DNA from: an uncultured Dehalococcoidia bacterium
GTDB taxonomy: Bacteria; Chloroflexota; Dehalococcoidia; DSTF01; WHTK01
Direction of reading: 5' to 3'
Assembly (NCBI GenBank): GCA_964422735.1
Contig: CAYRCD010000033.1
Location: 1 to 30,218 of the forward strand
Length of the DNA stretch: 30,218 nt
Shown: positions 10,098-19,299 of the stretch, piece by piece
How the letters are laid out: every line of letters begins with the position of its first letter
Position numbering within the stretch: the stretch's first letter is position 1
Made by a program: the position numbers and the translations under genes
The notes under the pieces: model-generated
Databases searched by the model: none
What the model was told of the DNA's origin: nothing
The model's input: the letters and a program-made list of their open reading frames with translations, nothing else

Positions 10098-10424
10098 CTA
10101 AGCGGCCACGGCGGAGAGCTGTGCCAGGCGCTGCATGATCGTGTCGGCCATCTCTGTCAGGCCGACGACCCTGAGGCGTTGGGCGAACTCCTTCCGCTGC
10201 TTCGTCTGTACCGCGGTCAGGAGCTTATAGCCCTCGTCGATGTTGTGCTTTCCGCCGCCGAGGAGGATGGCCAGCGCTTCGCCGGTGCGGGGGCCGCTGG
10301 CGATCGTGGCATTCGTGGCGCTGCTGCCGCCACCACCGCCGGCGCCGGGGAACTGGCGCCGGATATGGTCCTGGATTTCGGCCTTGCGCGTTGGGTCGGC
10401 CGCGATCAGCTGCTCGAGGTGCAT
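10098..10424 (-). CDS. hypothetical protein (108 aa), last gene of the coaE-AAA-cyclophilin operon
   Basis: ATG at 10424, 20 nt downstream of the cyclophilin stop, on the same strand. Gly-rich linker; no recognised domain. Confidence 0.45.
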   Translation of the reverse strand: MHLEQLIAADPTRKAEIQDHIRRQFPGAGGGGGSSATNATIASGPRTGEALAILLGGGKHNIDEGYKLLTAVQTKQRKEFAQRLRVVGLTEMADTIMQRLAQLSAVAA

Positions 10425-10443
10425 TACGCCGGGAGCAGGCTGG

Positions 10444-10959
10444 CTATTGCTCGTCGATTTCGACCCGAATGATCTTATCGCCCTGGCGTATAGCCTCGAC
10501 GACGTCCATTCCGGCCGTCACGCGCCCGAAAACGGAGTGACGGCCGTCGAGGTGGGCCTGGGGCGCCAGCGTGATAAAGAACTGACTGCCGTTGGTCCCC
10601 GGTCCGGCGTTCGCCATCGAGATCACGCCCTTGTCGTGCTTGAGGTCAGGGCTAAACTCGTCCTTGAAGCGGTAGCCTGGGCCGCCGGAGCCGCTGCCGA
10701 GGGGACATCCGCCCTGGATCATGAATGGCGGGCTAGAGATCACGCGGTGGAAGTTGAGGCCGTCGTAGTAGCCGCTGCAGGCGAGGAAGACGAAGTTGTT
10801 GACCGTGTCGGGCGTCTGTGCCGGTGTGAGCGCGAGGGTGATATCACCCCTGTCCGTCTGGACCCTGGCGACGTAGGCCTTTTCGGTGTCGATAACGCGC
10901 GCGGGCGGCGCACGGAACTGACGCTGGCCGTTGCGCTGGATTTCGGTGATGCTGGACAT
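10444..10959 (-). CDS. ppiB: peptidyl-prolyl cis-trans isomerase, cyclophilin type (cytoplasmic)
   Basis: 171 aa with 'FHRVI', 'GGDFT'-like region and 'NGSQFFIT'. ATG at 10959 with AAGGAG 5 nt upstream. Confidence 0.9.
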   Translation of the reverse strand: MSSITEIQRNGQRQFRAPPARVIDTEKAYVARVQTDRGDITLALTPAQTPDTVNNFVFLACSGYYDGLNFHRVISSPPFMIQGGCPLGSGSGGPGYRFKDEFSPDLKHDKGVISMANAGPGTNGSQFFITLAPQAHLDGRHSVFGRVTAGMDVVEAIRQGDKIIRVEIDEQ

Positions 10960-10977
10960 GCCGTCTCCTTGAGTTAT

Positions 10978-11634
10978 TCAGCTCTCGATGATGTCGACCC
11001 GCAGAATCTTGTCGCCCTGGCGGATGGCGCGAACGACATCCAGGCCGGCGGTCACACGACCGAAGACAGAGTGGCGACCGTCGAGGTGCGGCGCCGGACC
11101 AAAGGTGATGAAGAACTGACTGCCGTTGGTGTTGGGGCCTGAATTGGCCATCGAGATCACTCCTGCGACGTGTCGCCAGTCGGGGTGAAACTCGTCATTG
11201 AACCTAAAACCGGGCCCACCCGTGCCGTCGCCGCGTGGGTCTCCTCCCTGGATGATCTGGAGCGACGACTCAGGCTGATTTACGACACGGTGGAACAGGA
11301 GACCGTCGTAAAAGCCAGCGCAGGCCAGGAAGACGAAGTTGTTGACCGTATTGGGAACGTCCCTGGCAGCCAGCTCGATCCGGAGGTCGCCTCTGCTGGT
11401 CTGCATGACCGCCGTGTAGCTCTTGCCGGGGTCGATCACGCGCTCGGGCGGGGCGGCAAAGCTACGTTGGCCCGAGCGCTCGATCGAGGCCAGCTTGCTT
11501 CCAGGATTGCCTTTCCCGCAGGAGTTTGCCATAGCCTGTCCGGACGCCACCGGTGAGGCGCTGCCACCGCAGGCAATCACCACGACGGCGAACAGGGCCG
11601 CGGCGAGGCCGATGAGGGTTCGCAATCTACTCAA
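10978..11634 (-). CDS. cyclophilin-type peptidyl-prolyl isomerase, predicted lipoprotein (secreted paralog)
   Basis: Signal peptide with lipobox 'VVVIAC', followed by a cyclophilin domain ('FHRVV', 'NGSQFFITF'). TTG start overlaps the AAA+ gene stop by 8 nt. Confidence 0.85.
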   Translation of the reverse strand: MSRLRTLIGLAAALFAVVVIACGGSASPVASGQAMANSCGKGNPGSKLASIERSGQRSFAAPPERVIDPGKSYTAVMQTSRGDLRIELAARDVPNTVNNFVFLACAGFYDGLLFHRVVNQPESSLQIIQGGDPRGDGTGGPGFRFNDEFHPDWRHVAGVISMANSGPNTNGSQFFITFGPAPHLDGRHSVFGRVTAGLDVVRAIRQGDKILRVDIIES

Positions 11635-12610
11635 AGATCGAGGTCACGACCTCTTCAATCGTCCGTTGCACTTCCACATCGTCGGTAAGGGCCCAGACGA
11701 CGGCCGATTGGCAGGCGATTCGCGGCGCTATGCCCTTGCGCATGAGCTTGCCGGCGTAGATCAGCAAGCGTGTCGACGCGCCTTCGGAAAGGCCGTGCTC
11801 GCGCAGATGGCGGACCTTTTCGCCGAGCTTGGCGAGGTCGAGGGCCAGCTTCTCCGGAACCGCGGACTCATGCGCGATGATCTGGGCCTCCTGGTCACGC
11901 GGCGGGTAATCGAACTCGATGGCGATAAAGCGCTGGCGGGTGCTTTGCTTCAGGTCCTTGAGGGCGCTCTGGTAGCCGGGGTTGTAAGAGATCACGAGGA
12001 GGAAGCCCTCGGCGGCCTCGAGGACCTGGCCGCGCTTCTCCATCGGCAACAGGCGGCGGTAGTCGGTCAGAGGGTGGATAAGGACGGTGGTGTCCTTGCG
12101 GGCCTCGACGATCTCGTCCAGGTAGCAGATGGCTCCCGCCTTGACCGCGCGGGTCAAGGGCCCGTCAATCCACCTGGTGCTCTCGCCTTCCAGTAAATAG
12201 CGGCCGACGAGGTCGCTCGCGGTCAGGTCCTCGTGACAGGCGACGGTGACGATGGGCAGGGCTTGCTCGACGTCGCCGCCTCCGTCGGCGCTGCCCGCGC
12301 GGATGCGGGTGAGCGGCCGGCCCAGACGCCAGGCCATGTACTCGACGAATCGGGTCTTGCCGCAGCCCGTGGGACCTTTGAGGAGGACGGGCACACGCTC
12401 TTCGAACGCGGCGGTGAACATCTCTACCTCGCCGCCGATGGGCAAGTAGTAGGGCTCTACATGCGGCTTATATTCCTCAATCGCGTACTCGCGATAGGCG
12501 CCCACTTCGTCCTCGAAACGAATTTCCTGGCTAATCGTCTTCCCTCCGTCTTCCGCTGGCCGCAGCCCCCGCGGAGGCCCTAAGCCGTCTTGGCGGCGAG
12601 CGCGGTCCAC
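11627..12610 (-). CDS. CbbQ/NorQ/NirQ/GvpN-type (MoxR-class) AAA+ ATPase
   Basis: '[42 protein letters not shown]' matches the CbbQ/NorQ N-terminus plus Walker A; Walker B 'ICYLDEI'. The track ORF starts at a GTG at 12610, overlapping the coaE 3' end. A GTG at 12505 preceded by GAGGA would give a more typical length. Confidence 0.75.
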   Translation of the reverse strand: MDRARRQDGLGPPRGLRPAEDGGKTISQEIRFEDEVGAYREYAIEEYKPHVEPYYLPIGGEVEMFTAAFEERVPVLLKGPTGCGKTRFVEYMAWRLGRPLTRIRAGSADGGGDVEQALPIVTVACHEDLTASDLVGRYLLEGESTRWIDGPLTRAVKAGAICYLDEIVEARKDTTVLIHPLTDYRRLLPMEKRGQVLEAAEGFLLVISYNPGYQSALKDLKQSTRQRFIAIEFDYPPRDQEAQIIAHESAVPEKLALDLAKLGEKVRHLREHGLSEGASTRLLIYAGKLMRKGIAPRIACQSAVVWALTDDVEVQRTIEEVVTSIFE

Positions 12611-13179
12611 GCCTCCCTAACCCTCTTCTCGAGGGAGCGGATGTCGCCGCCGTTGTCGATGACCACGCGGGCGTACCGCACGCGCTCCTCGTTGCTGATC
12701 TGGGAGGAAATGCGGGCGCCGGCCTGCTCGGCGGTGATTCCATTTCTGGCCATGAGGCGAGCGCGGGCAACGGCAACGGGAACCGTCACGACCCACACCT
12801 CTTCCACCAGGCCGGTCCAGCCGGCCTCGACGAGGACGGCGGCCTCCAGGACGAGGACACCGGGCCTGGCGGCGTTCTCCAGCTTAATCGCCTCGATCCT
12901 TGCGCGCGTCAGGGGCCAGACGACATCGGTCAGCTTCTTCAACTGCTCGGGCTTGCCGAAGACGAGGCCGCCGAGAACACGACGGTCGATCTGACCGTCG
13001 GCCGCGACGACCTGGGAACCGAACGCGCCGGCCACACCGGCGTGACCGGGTGTTCCCGGGGCATAGGTCTCCCAGGCCACCTTGTCGACGTCCACGATCG
13101 TGGCGCCGCGCCTGGCGAGCATCTCGGAGACAAGGGACTTGCCCGAGGCGATTCCGCCCGTGAGTCCGATGGTGAGCAA
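12580..13179 (-). CDS. coaE: dephospho-CoA kinase
   Basis: '[12 protein letters not shown]' P-loop at the N-terminus; 199 aa, typical CoaE length and layout. TTG start at 13179. Confidence 0.85.
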   Translation of the reverse strand: MLTIGLTGGIASGKSLVSEMLARRGATIVDVDKVAWETYAPGTPGHAGVAGAFGSQVVAADGQIDRRVLGGLVFGKPEQLKKLTDVVWPLTRARIEAIKLENAARPGVLVLEAAVLVEAGWTGLVEEVWVVTVPVAVARARLMARNGITAEQAGARISSQISNEERVRYARVVIDNGGDIRSLEKRVREAWTALAAKTA

Positions 13180-13421
13180 GAGTGGAGCCGCCTAACAAAA
13201 GGGTTCGCCCGGAGAGGGGCGACACGCCCATCATAGGTTTCGCTCTATTGGGGGTCAACGGTAAAAAGTCTCGCGCCCGCCCGAGTGAGAGGGCGTGGCA
13301 AGCGCTTCTGAAACAGAACCCGCACGGCCGCGTTCTCGTCTGCGGGAGGCGGTCTTACGCGGGCACGCACGGAGGCGGAGCGCTCGGTCCTTTGGCCTGG
13401 CCGTCCCGGAGGGCGTCGGTG

Positions 13422-13574
13422 ATGGCCGCCCTCGTGGCGCTGGGCTTCTTCGGTCTGGACCTCCTGGCAGTGGTCCTCGCCCTCGGCTGGCTGAGCCGGC
13501 GCCGCGCTATGTCGGACATGACGGACATGCGCCATCGCGACCCCCGCCACTGGTTTCCCCCGGGCGAGCGCTAA
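13422..13574 (+). CDS. possible small membrane protein (50 aa)
   Basis: ATG at 13422 preceded by GGAGGG with 8-nt spacing. A single TM helix 'AALVALGFFGLDLLAVVLALGWL' followed by a basic tail. Strong GC3 bias, unlike the 5' part of the enclosing 130-aa track ORF. Confidence 0.3.
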   Translation: MAALVALGFFGLDLLAVVLALGWLSRRRAMSDMTDMRHRDPRHWFPPGER

Positions 13575-13749
13575 GCTATGTCGCCGAACACCTGTTACCC
13601 ACCTCCCCAGTCTGCACACACCCCCGCCAGGGCGCTGCGCCCCTGCTATTCGGTGCGTCGAATTCGTGCACGTTTTTTGATTCAGGCATCAGCTTTCTGA
13701 AAGCCGCGGTCCCCGGGCCGTGGGCCGCCAGCCGAGGGTAATTGCTGAT

Positions 13750-13755
13750 TTGACA
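13750..13755 (+). promoter_or_regulatory. TTGACA -35-like hexamer upstream of tatA, weak promoter candidate
   Basis: TTGACA at 13750 and TAAATT at 13770 with only 14-nt spacing, so the geometry is imperfect. Confidence 0.2.
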
Positions 13756-13802
13756 TCCCGGTGCTATCGTAAATTCGTATCAAGGGGCGAGGAGGTGTCC
13801 GG

Positions 13803-14144
13803 ATGGTCTTGGCTGGTGGCCCCTTTGGCCTCGGACCCCTGGAGTTGGGTCTGATTCTGGTTGTGCTGGTAATGCTCTTCGGCGCCACGCGCCTCGCCGA
13901 CATCGGCGGATCGCTGGGCAAAGGGATAAAGGAGTTCCGCAAGAACATAAAGGACGAGGACGAGGACGAGGGGCGGGCTGCGCCGCCACCATCGACTCCG
14001 ACGGCGTCCACACCGGCCCCGACCGCCAACGGCGGCGCCGAGACGGTATCGGCGGTGAAGTGTCCGAACTGCGGGACCCTGAACCCGGTAGGCTCACGCC
14101 ACTGCAACCAGTGCGGGACGACTCTGGCGACGCCCGTTTCCTGA
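13803..14144 (+). CDS. tatA: twin-arginine translocase subunit TatA/E with C-terminal Cys4 zinc-ribbon extension
   Basis: ATG at 13803 with GGAGG 7 nt upstream. 'LELGLILVVLVMLFGATRLADIGGSLGKGIKEFRK' is the TatA TM helix plus amphipathic helix. An acidic/Pro-Thr linker follows, then 'CPNCGTLNPVGSRHCNQCG'. Confidence 0.75.
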   Translation: MVLAGGPFGLGPLELGLILVVLVMLFGATRLADIGGSLGKGIKEFRKNIKDEDEDEGRAAPPPSTPTASTPAPTANGGAETVSAVKCPNCGTLNPVGSRHCNQCGTTLATPVS

Positions 14145-14169
14145 TCTGAGACGCGGAGAAAGGCCCAAG

Positions 14170-14204
14170 AGAGCGGCGCCCGCGAGGCCGCCGCTCTTCT
14201 CTTT
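14170..14204 (+). terminator. intrinsic terminator-like hairpin downstream of tatA
   Basis: Perfect 9-bp stem agagcggcg/cgccgctct with a 10-nt loop, followed by 'tctcttt'. It abuts the HAD-hydrolase ATG. Confidence 0.4.
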
Positions 14205-14981
14205 ATGGAAATACGAGCCGTCCTCTTCGACCTCTGGGGCACCCTGATCCTCGACCCCGAGGAACGGTCCGGCCCACGGAGGGAGTGGAGGGCTGCGAAC
14301 GTCCGCCGCGTCCTCGACGCCTACGGCGTAGAGCTGCCGGCCGAGACGGTCGACGCCGGCCTGCGCGCGGCTAGCGCGGCTCTGTCCGACCTGCATGATC
14401 GCGGTCTCGACGTGACTGGCCAGGGCCGCGTGACGCTCTTTCTCGGCCAGGTCGATCCAGAGATCGCCGTCCGCGTGCCAGGGACCGCTTACCGGGCGCT
14501 GGAGTCGGCGATCTGCGACATGACTCCGGACCTGGGCCCGGTCCCCGCCGATGGCGCGGAGGACCTGCTGCGACGCCTGCGGGCGCTCGGGCTGGCTACC
14601 GCTCTGGTTTCGAACGCGGGCCTCACGACGGCCCCGACTCTAAGGCGTATGCTCGACTGGTACAGCTTCGCGCCACACCTCGATGTCCTCGTCTTCTCCG
14701 ACGAGCTGGAGATGGCCAAGCCCGAGGGCCGCGTATTCGCGCGGGCGTTGGGAGGACTGGGCGTGCTGCCGTCCGCCGCCGTGTTCGTCGGGGACTCCCC
14801 TCACAACGACGTCTTCGGCGCCCGCAACGCCGGTCTCTTTGCTGTCCAGGTCGGGCATCGAGACCCGCCGCCAACCACGGGCTATACGCTGAACAACACG
14901 GCTCAAGCGCACGCGACGGTCGACGCTTTAGTCGACGTCTGGCCGTTAATCCAGGATTTGAGGTCCGGCGCACCGGCGTGA
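14205..14981 (+). CDS. HAD-superfamily hydrolase (subfamily IA-like)
   Basis: 'AVLFDLWGTLI' motif I (DxxG/TL variant) and 'FVGDSPHNDVFGARNAG' motif IV. Confidence 0.75.
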   Translation: MEIRAVLFDLWGTLILDPEERSGPRREWRAANVRRVLDAYGVELPAETVDAGLRAASAALSDLHDRGLDVTGQGRVTLFLGQVDPEIAVRVPGTAYRALESAICDMTPDLGPVPADGAEDLLRRLRALGLATALVSNAGLTTAPTLRRMLDWYSFAPHLDVLVFSDELEMAKPEGRVFARALGGLGVLPSAAVFVGDSPHNDVFGARNAGLFAVQVGHRDPPPTTGYTLNNTAQAHATVDALVDVWPLIQDLRSGAPA

Positions 14982-15113
14982 TTCGATCGCGCCGGGCGAG
15001 ATCGCGGCCCTCGCTGCGACATTAGTGCTGAGACCGGGCCGGCGGCCAAACCGAGTCTGGTATTCGCCAAGGCCGGGCGCTTATCCTGAATTGGTCAGGG
15101 CGGGGAGATCTCA

Positions 15114-16151
15114 TTGAAGGCAGTTGTATTCCGGGGCGTGGGCGAGGTCGCCCTCGAAGAGCGTCCCCAGCCGAAGCTCGAGGCTCCGGGCGACGCTATC
15201 GTCCGCGTGACGATGTCGACGATCTGTGGTACCGACGTGCGCGTGTTCTGGGGCAAGATACCGGCGTCGACGGGAGCGACGATCGGTCATGAGTTCACCG
15301 GGGTCGTCGAAGCCGCCGGCGCCGGCGTGACTCGCTTCAAGGGCGGCGAGCGGGTCGTAAGTCCGTTCTCGGTCTTCTGTGGAGGCTGCTTCTACTGCAA
15401 GAAAGGCCTGTTGACCGCCTGTGAGCGAAGGCAGGTATTCGGGTTCGGCGGGCTGGGCGGCGCCCAGGCCGAGTATGTCCGCGTTCCTCAGGCCGACGCT
15501 GTTCTCGAGGACTTGCCCGATGCCGTGAGTGATGCTCAGGCGGCGTTTCTCTCCGACGTGCTGCCCGGCACGTTCGCCGGTCTCCAGCTGGCCGGGCTCC
15601 AGGCGGGTGACACGGTGGCAATCCTGGGTTGCGGTCCGACCGGCCTCTGCGCGCAGCTCCTGGCCAGGGCGGCCGGCGCCGCGCGCGTGATCGCTGTCGA
15701 CCATCATCGCGAGCGCCTGGCCGCGGCCGAGCGCCTGGGTTCGATCCCCCTCAACTTCGAGAGCGAAGACGTCGTCGCGAGGGTTCGAGCGCTGACCGGC
15801 GGGCGCGGCGCCGACATCGCCGCTGAGGCGACGGGAACGGCCGCGGCGCTGGCTCAGGCGGCTCACCTCGCCCGCCCCTGGGGCGCGCTGCTCAACCTCG
15901 GGGGCCCGATCGAGCGGACGGTCGATGGCTTTCCTCTCGGGACTCTGGCCAGCCGTCATATCCGGTTTGTTCCGGCAGCGGTGCCGCCGGTAAAGAACTA
16001 CATCGCACCGCTGATCAAGATGATCGCGCAGGGCGTGATCGACCCGCTGCCGATTGCCAGCCACACCCTGTCTTTGAGCGAAGCGCCGCGCGGCTACCGC
16101 TTGATGGCGGAGCGGGCGGAGGGCGCGCTCAAGGTGCTGTTGAAGCCCTAG
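15114..16151 (+). CDS. zinc-dependent alcohol dehydrogenase / medium-chain dehydrogenase-reductase family
   Basis: 'CGTDV' and 'GHEFTGVV' catalytic-Zn motifs, structural-Zn Cys cluster 'CGGCFYCKKGLLTAC', 'GCGPTG' NAD-binding. TTG start at 15114 with GGGGAG upstream. Confidence 0.8.
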   Translation: MKAVVFRGVGEVALEERPQPKLEAPGDAIVRVTMSTICGTDVRVFWGKIPASTGATIGHEFTGVVEAAGAGVTRFKGGERVVSPFSVFCGGCFYCKKGLLTACERRQVFGFGGLGGAQAEYVRVPQADAVLEDLPDAVSDAQAAFLSDVLPGTFAGLQLAGLQAGDTVAILGCGPTGLCAQLLARAAGAARVIAVDHHRERLAAAERLGSIPLNFESEDVVARVRALTGGRGADIAAEATGTAAALAQAAHLARPWGALLNLGGPIERTVDGFPLGTLASRHIRFVPAAVPPVKNYIAPLIKMIAQGVIDPLPIASHTLSLSEAPRGYRLMAERAEGALKVLLKP

Positions 16152-16173
16152 CAGCCTGTCCATGAAATCGGTA

Positions 16174-16195
16174 GGCGAGGCTTTCTAGCCTCGCC
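16174..16195 (+). terminator. GC-rich hairpin after the alcohol dehydrogenase stop (terminator candidate without a U-tract)
   Basis: Perfect 9-bp stem ggcgaggct/agcctcgcc with loop 'ttct'. Confidence 0.35.
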
Positions 16196-16217
16196 GGCGT
16201 GCGTGCGCAGATTCGAC

Positions 16218-16239
16218 GCCGGGGCTGGAAAGCCCCGGC
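16218..16239 (+). terminator. second GC-rich hairpin in the ADH-PEPC intergenic region
   Basis: Perfect 9-bp stem gccggggct/agccccggc with loop 'ggaa'. Confidence 0.35.
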
Positions 16240-16471
16240 TACGGGTCGGCCTCCTAGCCGGGTGCTGAAGGGAAGGCCCCCTCCGGCGAGTTAAGCCCGC
16301 CGGTGCCGGCAATTCGCGGCTGGGCGAAGAAGCACACGGGAACGAGCGCACCTATCCGCGGCCTTCAGCCTCGGCGCTTCAGCAGGACCGGCCGCTCTGT
16401 AACACAGTCTTAACCTTCGAGTCACGCAGCCCCAGGGGCCATAACAGGTAAGGTAGGCAAGCGCGTAAGTT

Positions 16472-18088
16472 ATGGAAATCAAAATACCGGTTGCGATGCT
16501 GACCCAGCATCCCGACTCCGCCTCCCGCTACACGTCGGTGCAGGAGGAGCCACAGGAGGCGGTAAGCGGCCTCTTGCCTTTTCCGCAGGGCCTCGGCGCC
16601 GACGAGATCATGGTCGATTTCGAGGGCAAGCTCACGCCCTATCACCAGACCTCGCAGGTCGTCATGGCCCTCCTGGAGCACGGCATCGAGCCGGGTAACG
16701 AGATCAGGGTCACGCCGCGGGCGCCGAGCGCCGACAAGGAGAACGTCTTCCGCCAGCTAATGGCGCTCATGTCCATCGTGGAGACGAACGTGCAGGCCTA
16801 CCGCCGTCTCGGGCGTCTCGCCGTGCGCGAGGTCGTAATACCCATGACCCAAACGGCGGACCAGCTGGTGGCGGTGCGGCGCCGCTTCCGGGCGATCGAA
16901 GACCTGGGGCTGGAGGAGTTTGGCCTTGAGCCTTCGGGCGACGGCATCCGGCCGATACCCCTGATCGAGGAGGTCCCCGCCCTGCTCGAGACGGGTACCC
17001 TGCTGCGCGAATACCTGGGCCTGTGCCGGTCCTCCGGATATGACACCTCGTACTTGAGGGTGATGCTCGGCCACTCCGACTCCGCTCTTGGTTACGGCAT
17101 GGTGGCCGCGGCGCTGTCGGTGCGGGCGGCGCTCTGCGCCGCGTTCGAAGCCGGTGACGAGTTCGATTGCCGCATCTACCCGATCATCGGCGTCGGCGCC
17201 CTTCCCTTCCGCGGCCACCTGACCGGGCCCTCGCTGGCCAACTTCCTCGACCGCTTTCCCGGCACGAGCACCGTCACGCTGCAGAGCGGCCTGCGCTACG
17301 ACCACGACCCGGAAGAAGCGCCGGCGATGATCCAGGACCTGGGTCGCCGCATCCGGGCCAACGGCCACAACCGTCCAGACCTCGAGGAGCGCGAGGCTCT
17401 GGGCGAGATGGCCGTGCTGTTCGCCGTGAACTACCTCACGACGTTCCACAAGTTCGCCCAGGCCGTGGCCGGGCTGTCTGACCTAGTCCCGGAGCAGCGC
17501 GACCGCCTCACGCGCCACTCGCCGGTTTCCTACTCGCGGTCTATGCCGGCGGCGGGGCGGCTCGTGGGCGTGGTCGGTTCCGAGGTCTTGAAGTCGGAGC
17601 TGCGTCTCCTCGGCGATAAGCCGAACCTACCCGTTCCCCTGCCGCGGGCGATCGCGTTCACGGCCTCGCTTTACTCAATCGGGCTGCCGCCGGAGTTCAT
17701 CGGCACCGGGCGCGGGCTGCGTACTGCCTGCGAGGTCTGGGGTGAAGGGTTCCTCAAGGACTTCCGGCGCTGGTTTCCCGGCCTCGAAGACGCGCTCTCC
17801 TTTGCCGGCCGTTATCTCAACCTCGACGTTGCGAAGGACTTCCTGCCACGCGATGCCATGGCTGAGATTCGCACCGATGTCGACGCCGTCGAGGAGCTGC
17901 TCGCGGTCAAGATTGGTCCTAGGGGCGAGGAAGACGAGTTCTACCACACGGTCCTGCGCGCCCTGAGCCCGCTCATGCTCCACGCCCTGGGCCGGGGATC
18001 GAGCCGCCTCGGCACTTCGCGAGAGGAAGAGACGATGGCGCGCCAGTGGGTGCTCAAGCTGGGCCAGATGCGCGGCAGCCTGGGGTAG
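16472..18088 (+). CDS. ppcA: archaeal-type phosphoenolpyruvate carboxylase (PEPC family distinct from classical Ppc)
   Basis: 538 aa. N-terminus 'IKIPVAMLTQHPD' matches the hallmark 'IPxxMxTQHPD' of archaeal-type PEPC; size about 530 aa. ATG at 16472, TAG at 18086. Confidence 0.75.
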   Translation: MEIKIPVAMLTQHPDSASRYTSVQEEPQEAVSGLLPFPQGLGADEIMVDFEGKLTPYHQTSQVVMALLEHGIEPGNEIRVTPRAPSADKENVFRQLMALMSIVETNVQAYRRLGRLAVREVVIPMTQTADQLVAVRRRFRAIEDLGLEEFGLEPSGDGIRPIPLIEEVPALLETGTLLREYLGLCRSSGYDTSYLRVMLGHSDSALGYGMVAAALSVRAALCAAFEAGDEFDCRIYPIIGVGALPFRGHLTGPSLANFLDRFPGTSTVTLQSGLRYDHDPEEAPAMIQDLGRRIRANGHNRPDLEEREALGEMAVLFAVNYLTTFHKFAQAVAGLSDLVPEQRDRLTRHSPVSYSRSMPAAGRLVGVVGSEVLKSELRLLGDKPNLPVPLPRAIAFTASLYSIGLPPEFIGTGRGLRTACEVWGEGFLKDFRRWFPGLEDALSFAGRYLNLDVAKDFLPRDAMAEIRTDVDAVEELLAVKIGPRGEEDEFYHTVLRALSPLMLHALGRGSSRLGTSREEETMARQWVLKLGQMRGSLG

Positions 18089-18132
18089 ACGCATCCTCGT
18101 ACCGCTCATGCCGGTCTGCTAAGCTTGAACGC

Positions 18133-18780
18133 GTGCCGCCCGCCTTGACCTGTTACGCGTGCGAGAAGGAGCCGACGCAGCAGTGCCCGCGGTGTGGCCG
18201 CCCCTTTTGCGACGACCACGGCGAAGAGTTCTGCGGCGTCTGCCTCGAGCCGGCGAGCGGCGTCCCCTCGTTCAACCTCTATCGCGGCTCGCTGCTGGCC
18301 CTGATCGTCGGTGCGGTGCTCGCTCTGTGGTTGATCATTCAACCCACGAGCGGCTCCGGCGACTCCGGCCCGAAGCTCATCGTCGTCACGCCGACCAGCT
18401 CCGCCGCCCGGGCGGCCACTACCGGACCGGCGGCTAGCGCGCCCGCGGGTGGAGCGGCGCCCGCGGGAACGGCGGCCTCGGGAACCTCCGCCGCCACCGT
18501 TACGACGGGCACGCCGCGGCCGCCGGGAACAGTCGGCGGCAGCGTGACCGCCACCATCCGGCCAGCCACCACGGGCACCGTCACGACCGGTTCGACGCCC
18601 CCGGCCGGCTCCGGCGATTATGTGGTCGTATCGGGCGACAACCTGACGCTTATCTGCGACTCGAAGATCCGCAAGCCGGCCGGCATGACCAATAGCGAAT
18701 GCGTCGACCGCATCAAAGCCCTCAACAGCCTGACCTCCGACGCCATCTCAGTCGGTCAGACACTCAAGGTGCCCCAATGA
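18133..18780 (+). CDS. Cys-rich zinc-finger / TM / LysM peptidoglycan-binding domain membrane protein
   Basis: 'CYACEKEPTQQCPRCGRPFCDDHGEEFCGVC' (8 Cys), TM 'LLALIVGAVLALWLII', an Ala/Thr/Gly/Pro linker, and a C-terminal LysM ('DYVVVSGDNLTLIC...SVGQTLKVP'). The start is uncertain: GTG 18133 after the PEPC stop, or GTG 18046 overlapping PEPC. Confidence 0.6.
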   Translation: MPPALTCYACEKEPTQQCPRCGRPFCDDHGEEFCGVCLEPASGVPSFNLYRGSLLALIVGAVLALWLIIQPTSGSGDSGPKLIVVTPTSSAARAATTGPAASAPAGGAAPAGTAASGTSAATVTTGTPRPPGTVGGSVTATIRPATTGTVTTGSTPPAGSGDYVVVSGDNLTLICDSKIRKPAGMTNSECVDRIKALNSLTSDAISVGQTLKVPQ

Positions 18781-19268
18781 GCGACTGGATGGGGACCGAC
18801 GTCAGTCAGCCGCGCAAGCGCGGCTACGTCGTGAGTCAGGCCCTCCTGTACACGCCCCTGACGCTGCTGATGCTGGCCGGCGTGGCCTATGCGCTGTCAA
18901 ATATCGTTTCCGGAGACTCGGGCTATTTCGTAATGCTAACCGTGGCCGGCGTCCTGTCGGTCGTGTTCGGTTATCAGGCGCTCCACTTTCTGCGGGACCT
19001 GGGCGCCGAGCCGGTCATGGCGGAGGGCGAGATCGCCAAGAAGTGGACCAAAGGAAACCTGTTCTTCTTCCTCCTGCCCAGCTACTACATCGCCGTGAAG
19101 GGGAACATCTACTCGATCAAGCGCACACACTACGCGGGGCTGCTGGAAGAAGACATGGTCCGCATCCACCATTTCCCTCACAGCCTGACCGTCGAGCAGC
19201 TGGAACGCTTCGACGAGACCGAGAAGAAGTACGTTCCGGCCGACGATTATGGAGAGACGAAGCTCTAA
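18777..19268 (+). CDS. hypothetical membrane protein (2 TM, 163 aa), translationally coupled to the LysM gene
   Basis: The ATG at 18777 overlaps the upstream TGA as ATGA. Two hydrophobic helices, then a soluble domain. The track ORF includes 26 extra upstream codons. Confidence 0.55.
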   Translation: MSDWMGTDVSQPRKRGYVVSQALLYTPLTLLMLAGVAYALSNIVSGDSGYFVMLTVAGVLSVVFGYQALHFLRDLGAEPVMAEGEIAKKWTKGNLFFFLLPSYYIAVKGNIYSIKRTHYAGLLEEDMVRIHHFPHSLTVEQLERFDETEKKYVPADDYGETKL

Positions 19269-19299
19269 CGGCGTCCAGTACAACACGCGCATCCGCGAG

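Noticed and set aside
13182-13421. N-terminal two-thirds of the 130-aa plus-strand track ORF
   Set aside because: AT-rich rare codons (aaa, ata, cta, tct) in a high-GC genome. Only the C-terminal 50-aa segment with its own RBS looks coding.
15738-15748. tRNA T-loop-like 'ggttcgatccc'
   Set aside because: It lies inside the well-supported alcohol dehydrogenase CDS, and no flanking acceptor or anticodon arms could be built.
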